Shown here: piece by piece, positions 9,270-16,900 of the stretch
Position numbering within the stretch: position 1 is the first letter of the stretch
Layout of the letters: each line of letters starts with the position of its first letter
From: a bacterium
GTDB taxonomy: Bacteria > SZUA-182 > DTGQ01 > JAFGSM01
Direction of reading: 5' to 3'
NCBI GenBank assembly: GCA_016934595.1
Contig: JAFGSM010000080.1
Span: 1,000-64,999 of the forward strand
Length of the DNA stretch: 64,000 nt
The notes under the pieces: generated by a model
What the model was told of the DNA's origin: nothing
Database searches by the model: none
Seen by the model: only the letters and a program-made list of their open reading frames with translations
Program-made: the position numbers and the translations under genes

Positions 9270-9391
9270 GATGGCCTCGTAAAAAGTCTAAAATGCCCTT
9301 AAAAATAAGTTTAATATTATAATTTTGATACATGTTTTGTCGATATAATCTTAGTTTTTCATCATTAAAAATACTTTTTACGAGGCCATCA
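9270..9391. mobile_element. MITE-like element: 18-bp perfect terminal inverted repeats (GATGGCCTCGTAAAAAGT / ACTTTTTACGAGGCCATC) flanked by a 6-bp direct repeat AACAAT
   Basis: Read directly: left TIR 9270-9287 is preceded by AACAAT (9264-9269); right TIR 9374-9391 is followed by AACAAT (9392-9397). The interior is AT-rich and non-coding. It lies 24 bp downstream of tRNA-Arg. Degenerate solo TIR-like copies occur at about 3697-3716 and 13683-13700. Confidence 0.6.
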
Positions 9392-9424
9392 ACAATGCCG
9401 ATAAGAAGATAGAACCTTTTCAAT

Positions 9425-11080
9425 ATGAAATTTAAGGGGGGAAATATGCATAAAAGATATCTATATAATAATAAACGCCCATGTCACCTTATATCGCCAC
9501 AAATAATGAGAATAAACAACGAGATTTATTTTAGGAACAAATATCCATGGCACTTTGGAGCCGCCACGAATCATGAAAATCGAACCTATTTTCGAGACAA
9601 ACGCTCATGCCGCTTCGCTGCGCCACGAATCATGAAAATAAACAACGATGTTTATTTTCGAGACAACAAGAATAAAAACCCTTTGTCCTCGATGTGCCTT
9701 TCTGTAATGATTGTAATGATGATGATAATATTGCCTTGTCTCATTTCTGGCCATGCTATAGCAGACGAAAACAGTGCATTCCCGTTCTATCCATCTTTAA
9801 TCATTCCGGCAGCAGACGGGGGAATAGGTCTGGATGCCTTTAAGGCCGCTATGTCCTGCAGAGGATGTCACCTTTCTACCTTCAAGGAATGGGAGGGATC
9901 AACACACTCCCTTGCCTTTAAAGACCCTGTATTTCTTTCGATGTGCAGATTAGGTTCCAAAGCAACAAACGGACAAACGGACAAATTGTGTCTTGGATGC
10001 CATACACCCATAGGGCTTATTACATCCGATATAACAACCCCTGATGATGAAACTAAGGCAAATCAAATCTCCAAAGATGGCGTTCAGTGCGATTTTTGCC
10101 ATGTCGTAAGCAATACGACCTATAACAAAGCCAAGACCGCTTCCCCCCAGAATGCGTCATTCCTTGTCCAGCCAGGGGAAATTAAATGGGGGCCGATAGA
10201 CAATTGTGAATCCACATTCCACAAATCGGAATTTTCCGAGCTTCATACCAGTTCCAAGTTTTGTGGCAACTGCCACAATATCTTCTTGACAGGCCAGGAT
10301 ATCAAGATTGTAAAGACCTACGACGAATGGGAAAAATCCGTTTACGCCCAGAAAGGTATAGAGTGCCAGGACTGCCATATGATGCCTGTTGAATTGGCAA
10401 AAATAGCGGCAGACAAACTGGAAAAACCTAAAAATTCCGGTAAGGCCGCATCCGTTGCGCCCTTGAGAGAAAATATACATGTGCACAGGTTTGTCGGCGG
10501 AGGATTCGATCTGGAAAAAGGCCCACGCGTAACTAATCAGCAGAAAGAGACGGAAAAAAGGCTAAAAAGCGCGGCAAGACTGGATATCGATGTTAAGCCC
10601 TCCCCTTCCTCAAAAGGCAGCCTGGTCTTAACGGTAACCGTACACAATGAAAGGGCGGGCCATAATCTGCCTACAGGGATCCCTGGCATAAGGCAGTTAT
10701 GGCTTGAGGTAATCATCTCAGACAAAGGCTCAAAAGAGGTGTTTCGTTCAGGCGGCCTGGATAAAGACGGAAATATCCAAAAAGACGCAAAGCGCCTTGG
10801 TGTTGCAGCCGTTGACAAATCAGGCGACCCTGTATATAAACCCTGGGAAATTGCGGCATTAAAGACAGATACAACCATCCCTCCGAAGGGAAAAGGGGGG
10901 TTCAAATTCGACGTAAGCCTTCCCGATGACATTGCGTGGCCGATGACTGCGAAAGCCATTCTTCACTACAGGGCATTCAGTCCATCATTGCTTAAGGATC
11001 TTTTGCCGGATGCCCCTCGTGAGATACCTGTCTTTGACATGGCAACATCAGAGATCGCCATACAAGGCCCTGTTCTCTGA
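9425..11080 (+). CDS. Multiheme c-type cytochrome (five CxxCH motifs), secreted
   Basis: CRGCH, CLGCH, CDFCH, CGNCH and CQDCH are present. A signal-peptide-like segment MCLSVMIVMMMIILPCLISGHAIA sits at about aa 90, which suggests the real start is near 9692. The first roughly 270 nt of the listed ORF are the tandem repeat units. Confidence 0.8.
   Translation: MKFKGGNMHKRYLYNNKRPCHLISPQIMRINNEIYFRNKYPWHFGAATNHENRTYFRDKRSCRFAAPRIMKINNDVYFRDNKNKNPLSSMCLSVMIVMMMIILPCLISGHAIADENSAFPFYPSLIIPAADGGIGLDAFKAAMSCRGCHLSTFKEWEGSTHSLAFKDPVFLSMCRLGSKATNGQTDKLCLGCHTPIGLITSDITTPDDETKANQISKDGVQCDFCHVVSNTTYNKAKTASPQNASFLVQPGEIKWGPIDNCESTFHKSEFSELHTSSKFCGNCHNIFLTGQDIKIVKTYDEWEKSVYAQKGIECQDCHMMPVELAKIAADKLEKPKNSGKAASVAPLRENIHVHRFVGGGFDLEKGPRVTNQQKETEKRLKSAARLDIDVKPSPSSKGSLVLTVTVHNERAGHNLPTGIPGIRQLWLEVIISDKGSKEVFRSGGLDKDGNIQKDAKRLGVAAVDKSGDPVYKPWEIAALKTDTTIPPKGKGGFKFDVSLPDDIAWPMTAKAILHYRAFSPSLLKDLLPDAPREIPVFDMATSEIAIQGPVL
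9473..9664 (+). repeat. Three tandem units (66, 60 and 66 bp) of the dispersed structured repeat family, immediately upstream of or inside the 5' end of the multiheme cytochrome ORF
   Basis: The three units are at 9473-9538, 9539-9598 and 9599-9664. Each contains CCACgAAtcATGAgAAT-loop-ATTTTcGAG-type hairpins (for example GAAAATAAACAacgaTGTTTATTTTC, an 11-bp perfect stem). All three are in-frame with the cytochrome ORF (…RFAAPRIMKINNDVYFRD…). Confidence 0.7.
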
Positions 11081-11086
11081 TGTATT

Positions 11087-11698
11087 TTAATCTTCCTCGT
11101 CTTCTTCGTTCAGGTCATTAAATATCTTTACCCAAAAATTCTGGATCCCCGTTAGATAGGCATCCATTCCCAGATCCACGGTAAATGCCTGAGGGTTATA
11201 ATAGACATTATAAGGATTTCCGGCATTCATATAACTGGTGGTTGTGGGAGGATAACCCCAAAACCCTGTGGCAGTGTTCATTTGGTTATTCCATGCACCC
11301 TGATCGACATAGGCATAAGGTATAGGATATCCGAATGTATCCACATCACGCCACCCATATCCGTTATAGTTGCCTGTATTATAAGAACCCAAAAAGTTCT
11401 GATTATAGCCTGCATTTACATTATAGGCCCCATTATATATGTTAAATCTGGTGTTATACGGATAATATACCCCCATAGCAGGCCCTAACATATATGGATC
11501 CGAAAATGCCTGATAACTGTTGTAATTCATATAATTGGATGGATTGCCCCAACCAATATTCATATTAGCAGTCCATGTGGGGATGTTATAATAGCCGTAA
11601 TAAGCCGATGCCTGGCCGGTCACACCCGCAGAAAATAAAACTATTATTGCAATAATAAAGATATGATACGATTTCATGTTTTTTGTGATGCCTTTCAT
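11087..11698 (-). CDS. Secreted Tyr/Asn/Gly-rich low-complexity (prion-like/amyloid-like) protein with an acidic C-terminal tail
   Basis: The N-terminal signal peptide is MKSYHIFIIAIIVLFSAGVTGQASA. The mature part is about 15% Tyr and 17% Asn with repeated YN/GY/NxY motifs, and ends in NEEDEED. It is convergent with the cytochrome gene with only a 6-bp gap. Confidence 0.5.
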   Translation of the reverse strand: MKGITKNMKSYHIFIIAIIVLFSAGVTGQASAYYGYYNIPTWTANMNIGWGNPSNYMNYNSYQAFSDPYMLGPAMGVYYPYNTRFNIYNGAYNVNAGYNQNFLGSYNTGNYNGYGWRDVDTFGYPIPYAYVDQGAWNNQMNTATGFWGYPPTTTSYMNAGNPYNVYYNPQAFTVDLGMDAYLTGIQNFWVKIFNDLNEEDEED

Positions 11699-11878
11699 TT
11701 TACTCCTCCAAATATTATTGTTATTGGCTAAAATCTCGATTTATAAGACGATAGAAAATAGAAAAAATTACTGCACCAGAATAAAAACCCAAGTAGATCG
11801 TTCAGTTATATCGATGCAATACATTTTGTTCGATCGATTCATTAACCTGGTATTTCCAATGCTATCTATCGGCAATGT

Positions 11879-11958
11879 GTAACTGCTCAATATCCTGTGG
11901 AAATAGTAACTCATTGCCATTTAGAAGCCTGATTGCCCATAACATATTGAGCAGTTAC
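11879..11958. mobile_element. MITE-like element: 15-bp perfect TIRs (GTAACTGCTCAATAT / ATATTGAGCAGTTAC) flanked by an 8-bp direct repeat GGCAATGT
   Basis: Read directly: GGCAATGT occurs at 11871-11878 and 11959-11966. The TIRs are at 11879-11893 and 11944-11958, enclosing a 50-bp non-coding core. It sits in the divergent intergenic region between the Y/N-rich protein gene and the MBL-fold gene. Confidence 0.6.
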
Positions 11959-12029
11959 GGCAATGTTATTTCATGAACGATCTGCTTGGGTTTGAAAATA
12001 TATCTCATTTCTGCTAATTACATATTATT

Positions 12030-13040
12030 ATGACACCTTGCTTTCACCCCAGGCTGGTCAATGGCCCTTTCCATGACCCTGCCTTATATATAGATTTCCT
12101 CTATCAAAACAGGGCCATCCTTTTTGATATAGGAGACATATCGGCGCTGACGACAAAACATATCCATAAAATCACGGATGTCTTTGTCACGCATACCCAC
12201 ATGGATCATTTCATAGGATTGGACTATCTGATAAGGCTATTTCTTGGCAGGGACAAGCGGCTTTCCATATACGGCCCCCCAAGGATAATCGATAATGTGG
12301 CAGGAAAGCTCTCGGCCTATACATGGAATCTGGTTGACAATTTTGAAAACAGTTTCGAGATCCATGTCTTTGAATCGCACACAGATCACATAGAAAAGGC
12401 GATTCTGAAATGCCATAACCTCTTCCAAAAGGAGATGTGCCTTGAAAAAGCGCCTTTCAAAGACAAACTCCTGGACGAAGATGAATTTAGCATCCATACG
12501 GCCTTTCTTGATCATTTTACACCATGCCTGACATTCTGTCTGAAAGAGAAGTCCCATATAAATATCAAAAAGGACGTATTGGACACACTTGGCCTGCCTT
12601 CCGGCCCGTGGCTAAACCAGTTGAAAACAGCGATAAGGCAGCAGGAGCCGGATAATTATCCGATAACGATCAAGGCCAAGAGTTCGGATGATTCTCAGGG
12701 GCAGAAGACTACCCTGGGCTGGGTCAAACAAAAAGGCCTTTTCACAATTTCACAGGGGCAAAAGATAGCCTATGTTACAGATATAGGGTACACACAGGAA
12801 AATATATCCAGGTTAACCTCTTTTGCAATGGATGCGGACTATCTGTTTTGCGAGGCCGCATTCCTTGAAGAAGACAGCCAATTAGCGAAAAAGAAATGCC
12901 ATCTTACAGCGCATCAGGCAGGGCTGATAGCCAGACAGGCAAATGCAAGGAAACTTATCCCTTTCCATTTTTCCCCAAGATATCAGGGCAGGGAAGACCT
13001 TATTTACAAAGAGGCTGAAAGGTCCTTTACTTCTTCATAA
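12030..13040 (+). CDS. MBL-fold metallo-hydrolase (RNase Z/ElaC-like)
   Basis: Contains the HxHxDH motif (VTHTHMDHFIGLDYL) and downstream His/Asp ligands (DHF..., H at TAHQAG) typical of the metallo-beta-lactamase superfamily. Confidence 0.65.
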   Translation: MTPCFHPRLVNGPFHDPALYIDFLYQNRAILFDIGDISALTTKHIHKITDVFVTHTHMDHFIGLDYLIRLFLGRDKRLSIYGPPRIIDNVAGKLSAYTWNLVDNFENSFEIHVFESHTDHIEKAILKCHNLFQKEMCLEKAPFKDKLLDEDEFSIHTAFLDHFTPCLTFCLKEKSHINIKKDVLDTLGLPSGPWLNQLKTAIRQQEPDNYPITIKAKSSDDSQGQKTTLGWVKQKGLFTISQGQKIAYVTDIGYTQENISRLTSFAMDADYLFCEAAFLEEDSQLAKKKCHLTAHQAGLIARQANARKLIPFHFSPRYQGREDLIYKEAERSFTSS

Positions 13041-13635
13041 CCCAAGCGCCATCCTCTTGCTGTATCCACCAACCGGCAGGAGTACTTTTTTGCCAGCTTT
13101 TGGAAAATATCCTTTGTATCTCTTCCATATGCTCTGGCCCTAAGTTGTTTGCCTTCAGTATCTCCTCATATAACAACTTGCGATCCTTGTTTTCATCATC
13201 AACCAGGCGCATCAGATTCGACTTTTCTTTTAATCCAAGCCCCTGCAACTCACGTGCTTCGATCAGTCCCCTGTTTGTCTCCCCTATCCTGCCTGACTCA
13301 TAAAAAGGCCTTAAGCCTGAAAACCTGTTCTTTAAAGACTCCTTTAAAGAACGGATTGCTGGCGTTGTCACCTCAATATCCATTGCAGCATACGCAGCCG
13401 TGACAAATATGGCAAAATCATTCGTCCTGTTGCGAAGCATTGTTTCCTTATCCCCGCCCCCTGAAGGGGCCTCATCTGTTCGTGTATTATCCGTTCCACC
13501 TCCCCTTACCTCACCTACGATCTCATCAGCAGCCTTCTGGACCTCTGCTGCCGGAAAATATATGTTGACAGTCACACATGCAGCCACAACAAACAAAAAC
13601 ATAACGCATAGGACAACAATCCTTTTCTCTGACAT
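13027..13635 (-). CDS. YdbL-like periplasmic protein (DUF1318)
   Basis: Signal peptide plus the conserved DDENKDRKLLYEEILKAN motif of DUF1318/YdbL. It lies directly downstream of an AsmA/YdbH-like gene, as in the E. coli ydbH-ynbE-ydbL operon (no ynbE is visible here). Confidence 0.55.
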   Translation of the reverse strand: MSEKRIVVLCVMFLFVVAACVTVNIYFPAAEVQKAADEIVGEVRGGGTDNTRTDEAPSGGGDKETMLRNRTNDFAIFVTAAYAAMDIEVTTPAIRSLKESLKNRFSGLRPFYESGRIGETNRGLIEARELQGLGLKEKSNLMRLVDDENKDRKLLYEEILKANNLGPEHMEEIQRIFSKSWQKSTPAGWWIQQEDGAWVMKK

Positions 13636-13740
13636 CTTCCAATCCCCCTTTCGATTTTTGAATCCATTATCTCTTCATTGATCGCCTCGTAAAAAGCCGA
13701 TATTACCCTTCCTGTCATTGTGAAATGAATAGACCTCCTG

Positions 13741-15192
13741 CTAATTGACCTTTACTGCCGTACCCCTGTCCTCGAAAATCCTGTTGATCCTTTCCCTCAT
13801 ATCCTTAAAGCTTATTATGTTATCAGGGTTCTGATTGACCATATCGATCCCGCGGAAAAGCCCTTTTCTTATAATAAACTCCTGGCCGTCCTCCTGAATA
13901 AGCCCCCTCAGTGAAAAGATATCGTTTCTTAGCTCGCACCTGAACCCTATTTTTGAGTATGGATAATAGGAAAAAAATCTGTTTAATCCGGAATTAAGAA
14001 CACTCTGAACACCGGAAGACCCTGTGCCGATCATGGAGAGGTTATTAATGGCATCCACGCTGATCTTCTGCCTTACCCCTTTCTGTTTAACCGATTCCAC
14101 CTCCATCAAAAACCTTGCAGGCTGACCATATTCTATCACAAAATCGGTCAACTTTCCTTTGATAACACCGCTGATCTTGCCGATGGGAACCCTTTCTGTC
14201 AGCTTATCAAGCCCTATGCCATCCCAAAAGATAGACCCGCCCAGCCTTCTCCCCTGGCTGAAGGGCATCTCAAGATAAATATCCTTGATATCTAAACCTC
14301 CTCCGAATATTTCAGCATAAAGCGAGCCTGTAAAATCGATCCTGTCATTCTTATATGTCAGATGAGGTATATCTCCATCCAATCGCCCGGATACAGGAAA
14401 ACCTGATCCCTTTGAAATCGTCATCAGATCCAATGCCTTAATGCCTATGGATGCCTGGAAAACAGCGTTTTTGGAGATTATCTCCGCGCCGCTCAGCTCC
14501 CTCAAAAAGACTTCCCCACCGAAGATATTTATATAGACAGGGTCCTTTATCTGGAAACGGTTTTGAGAAAACATGGGATGCAGCTCCAAGTCATCATAAA
14601 ATCCATTTAGCCAGGAAACCTTCTTGATACGGATGACCCCTGAACGTCCATCTGTGAATGGCCCCTGTTCACAGAATGAAGACGCTGCAAGTTCTAAAGG
14701 CAATTCTATAGTCAGTCCAGAGATGGAGATTTCACAGGCAGGTATATCTATTGATGGAAAAGATGCCTTCCATTCGCCGCTAAGCCTCCAACCGCCACTT
14801 TCATCTGAAAATCCCTTCTGGGTATTTTCATTCCCCATTGTGAATCTAAAATTCATGGGCGTTTCACCTGAAAATAGTTTTGGATTTTCATTCTCCTTTG
14901 TGCCGAATTTAGGCATGAGTGTTTCATCTATCATCGCCCTTAGTTTAAAAACAGAGCATCCCGATATATTAATCCCCTGTAAAGCAGGCGGTCCCTGTTC
15001 ATTGCCTTCCGCGATGATAAAACCGAGGAGAGCGGAATGGTTGATGCCAGACGTCTTTGTCTCTAAATCAAGAGACAATCCCTTTTGATCCATTTTTATC
15101 TGAAACCGCAGGCCCCCGATCTCTAAAATATCCAGAACCCCTTTAGACTCTAAACGCTGAAAGTTTGCAAAAAAAAACCGCTTAAATCCCAC
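13741..15192 (-). CDS. YdbH/AsmA-family protein, C-terminal fragment (same gene as 15150..16550 after a +1T correction)
   Basis: Inserting one T in the T9 run (plus-strand A9 at about 15170-15178) joins ...WDLSGFF to FANFQRLESKG... in one frame, giving about 940 aa, comparable to E. coli YdbH. It contains two in-frame repeat units (...MPKFGTKENENPKLFSGETPMNFRFTMGNENTQKGFSDE...). Confidence 0.6.
   Translation of the reverse strand: MGFKRFFFANFQRLESKGVLDILEIGGLRFQIKMDQKGLSLDLETKTSGINHSALLGFIIAEGNEQGPPALQGINISGCSVFKLRAMIDETLMPKFGTKENENPKLFSGETPMNFRFTMGNENTQKGFSDESGGWRLSGEWKASFPSIDIPACEISISGLTIELPLELAASSFCEQGPFTDGRSGVIRIKKVSWLNGFYDDLELHPMFSQNRFQIKDPVYINIFGGEVFLRELSGAEIISKNAVFQASIGIKALDLMTISKGSGFPVSGRLDGDIPHLTYKNDRIDFTGSLYAEIFGGGLDIKDIYLEMPFSQGRRLGGSIFWDGIGLDKLTERVPIGKISGVIKGKLTDFVIEYGQPARFLMEVESVKQKGVRQKISVDAINNLSMIGTGSSGVQSVLNSGLNRFFSYYPYSKIGFRCELRNDIFSLRGLIQEDGQEFIIRKGLFRGIDMVNQNPDNIISFKDMRERINRIFEDRGTAVKVN
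14803..14935 (-). repeat. Two tandem units of the dispersed structured repeat family, in-frame inside the ydbH-like gene
   Basis: The reverse complement reads ...TGAAACACTCATGCCTAAATTCGGCACAAAGGAGAATGAAAATCCAAAACTATTTTCAGGTGAAACGCCCATGAATTTTAGATTCACAATGGGGAATGAAAATACCCAGAAGGGATTTTCAGATGAAA... One unit is nearly identical to the intergenic copy at 8911-8990. Confidence 0.7.
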
Positions 15193-16550
15193 GAAACAGA
15201 GCGCCCGGACAAGTCTTTATATATTGTACCCCAAAGATATTCGCCGTTTTTAATATCTCCATGAGTTCTGAATGTAACCTTGTCATCCGTCGTCTGGGGC
15301 TGGGGATAAACCAGGTCCAGGTTAACATTCAGTTCGATCCCCTCGCCCGCCTTTGTGCCGTCATTGGAACTGAACCCTCCATCCTTTACCTTAATCTCCA
15401 GCCCCCCTTCGAATGTCCATTTCTCCTGCATCCTCATCCCTGTGAGTTGGACGCTGGCATCCCCTCTTCCCTTTACATCCCAAAGATTATTACCTTGGTC
15501 CAAAAACGGACCTATTATTTCAGTCAATCCTGTGATAAAAAAATCCCTTGTAAAAAGCGCAGCCCTGCTGGAACACCCCTCCTTAAAACAAACATCCATA
15601 TGCCCATCAATAACACCCATCTCCGGCGCTTCTGCCTTAAAACCTCTTATGCTCAAGGCCCCCCTTTGCAAATCATATACAATATCCGCATGGATATTAA
15701 TGCCTTTAAGCGCAGGGATATTACCCCCGTCGATCTGAATGCCATTTAACCCCATGTTCACGTCTGGAAGACTTATCTTCTGCGCATCGATAAAGACTCC
15801 GCAATCAAGGCGCATACCCTCTATTGATACGCCTTTTATTGTAATGCCAGAAAGGGATAAGGAAAAGTGCCCGCTGCCTGATAAAACCTGCGAAAGGGGT
15901 GCAAGATTGAGTGTCAACTCTATCTGCCCGGACGTACAGGATAAAAGCGAGGGAGGACATACCTGTAATGCCCCTTTTAAAAAGACCCTGCCCCCTGTGT
16001 CAGCGCCCATATCCCGAACCTCAACAACGGCGTCTTTCAGCTCCAAGATGCCCAGACTGTCGGAAATCTTGATGGAAAAGGCCCCGCCCTTTATATCCAT
16101 CTTCCTTATATACGGCATCTTTCTAATAATATCCTGCAAACGAGAAAAAGCCTGATTGGCATCTAAATGCCCATCACCGGAGGATCTGTCTTTTGAAGAT
16201 TTATTTTTTACAGCATCAGGCATTACATCCAATGCTATATCAGGCTTATAAAATACAAGGTCTACAATCTCGGGCCTGAAGCCGCTTCCGATCCTGCCGT
16301 CAAAGTTAACCGTCTCCACCTCTGCCCTTGCAGAGAGGCCGTCATCCCTCTTTATGGAAAGGCGTTCTATGTTCCCTTCCAATCCGGGTCTTAACGCAAA
16401 ACCTTTCGCATTCAGGGAAATACCGTATTTCAAACGCAGAACATATCCAAGGATATTGACAGGGATGGGGGTAAAGAAAAAAAGGGACACGCAAGCACAA
16501 AAAACTGCGGATAAAAAAATGGCTGTTATTACTATCTTTCTTTTATGCAT
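15150..16550 (-). CDS. YdbH/AsmA-family protein, N-terminal fragment (frameshifted; continues in 13741..15192)
   Basis: An N-terminal signal anchor is followed by long beta-rich repetitive sequence typical of AsmA-like/TamB-like lipid-transfer proteins. Its stop overlaps the next ORF at a T9 homopolymer. Confidence 0.6.
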   Translation of the reverse strand: MHKRKIVITAIFLSAVFCACVSLFFFTPIPVNILGYVLRLKYGISLNAKGFALRPGLEGNIERLSIKRDDGLSARAEVETVNFDGRIGSGFRPEIVDLVFYKPDIALDVMPDAVKNKSSKDRSSGDGHLDANQAFSRLQDIIRKMPYIRKMDIKGGAFSIKISDSLGILELKDAVVEVRDMGADTGGRVFLKGALQVCPPSLLSCTSGQIELTLNLAPLSQVLSGSGHFSLSLSGITIKGVSIEGMRLDCGVFIDAQKISLPDVNMGLNGIQIDGGNIPALKGINIHADIVYDLQRGALSIRGFKAEAPEMGVIDGHMDVCFKEGCSSRAALFTRDFFITGLTEIIGPFLDQGNNLWDVKGRGDASVQLTGMRMQEKWTFEGGLEIKVKDGGFSSNDGTKAGEGIELNVNLDLVYPQPQTTDDKVTFRTHGDIKNGEYLWGTIYKDLSGRSVSWDLSGFFLQTFSV

Positions 16551-16900
16551 AAAAAGGATTCAACTTTTTCTGATGTTTACCATTTCCCCTATTAATGGTG
16601 AAGTCCATGCTACTGAGATATATTTTACCATATTTTGTCGTTTTGTGCCTTACAAGCCCTGCCTCTATATCATGAGATGCTTGTTTTATTAATCTTTCGG
16701 TTGAATTAAGGTGGACAGCATAAACAACTTGATAAGAGGGTGATCTGGTGATATCTTTTCCGTCATTGTCTAATCCCTTTATAAAAATAGATTTGAAAAA
16801 AATCTGTTTCTATATATATTTGGCGTGTTATAATTGAAAATCCTTATTATGGATAAAATTTTTAATTTCAATTCGAATTCTAATCTTAAGAAAGAACCTT

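Noticed and set aside
9108-9302. Six-frame ORF (64 aa) predicted over the tRNA region
   Set aside because: The sequence folds into a canonical tRNA-Arg(CCG) cloverleaf (9174-9246). The ORF has no RBS and is an artefact of the GC-rich tRNA.
9473-9664. Possible CRISPR array (three ~60-66-bp direct repeats)
   Set aside because: The units are directly abutting with no unique spacers. They are longer than CRISPR repeats, belong to the dispersed in-frame repeat family seen elsewhere, and no cas genes are present.
16801-16840. Possible sigma-54 promoter (TGGCGTG...ATTGA) upstream of the membrane HEAT-repeat gene
   Set aside because: The GG and GC dinucleotides are not at the required 10-bp spacing. 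The resemblance to the TGGCAC-N5-TTGCW consensus is too weak.
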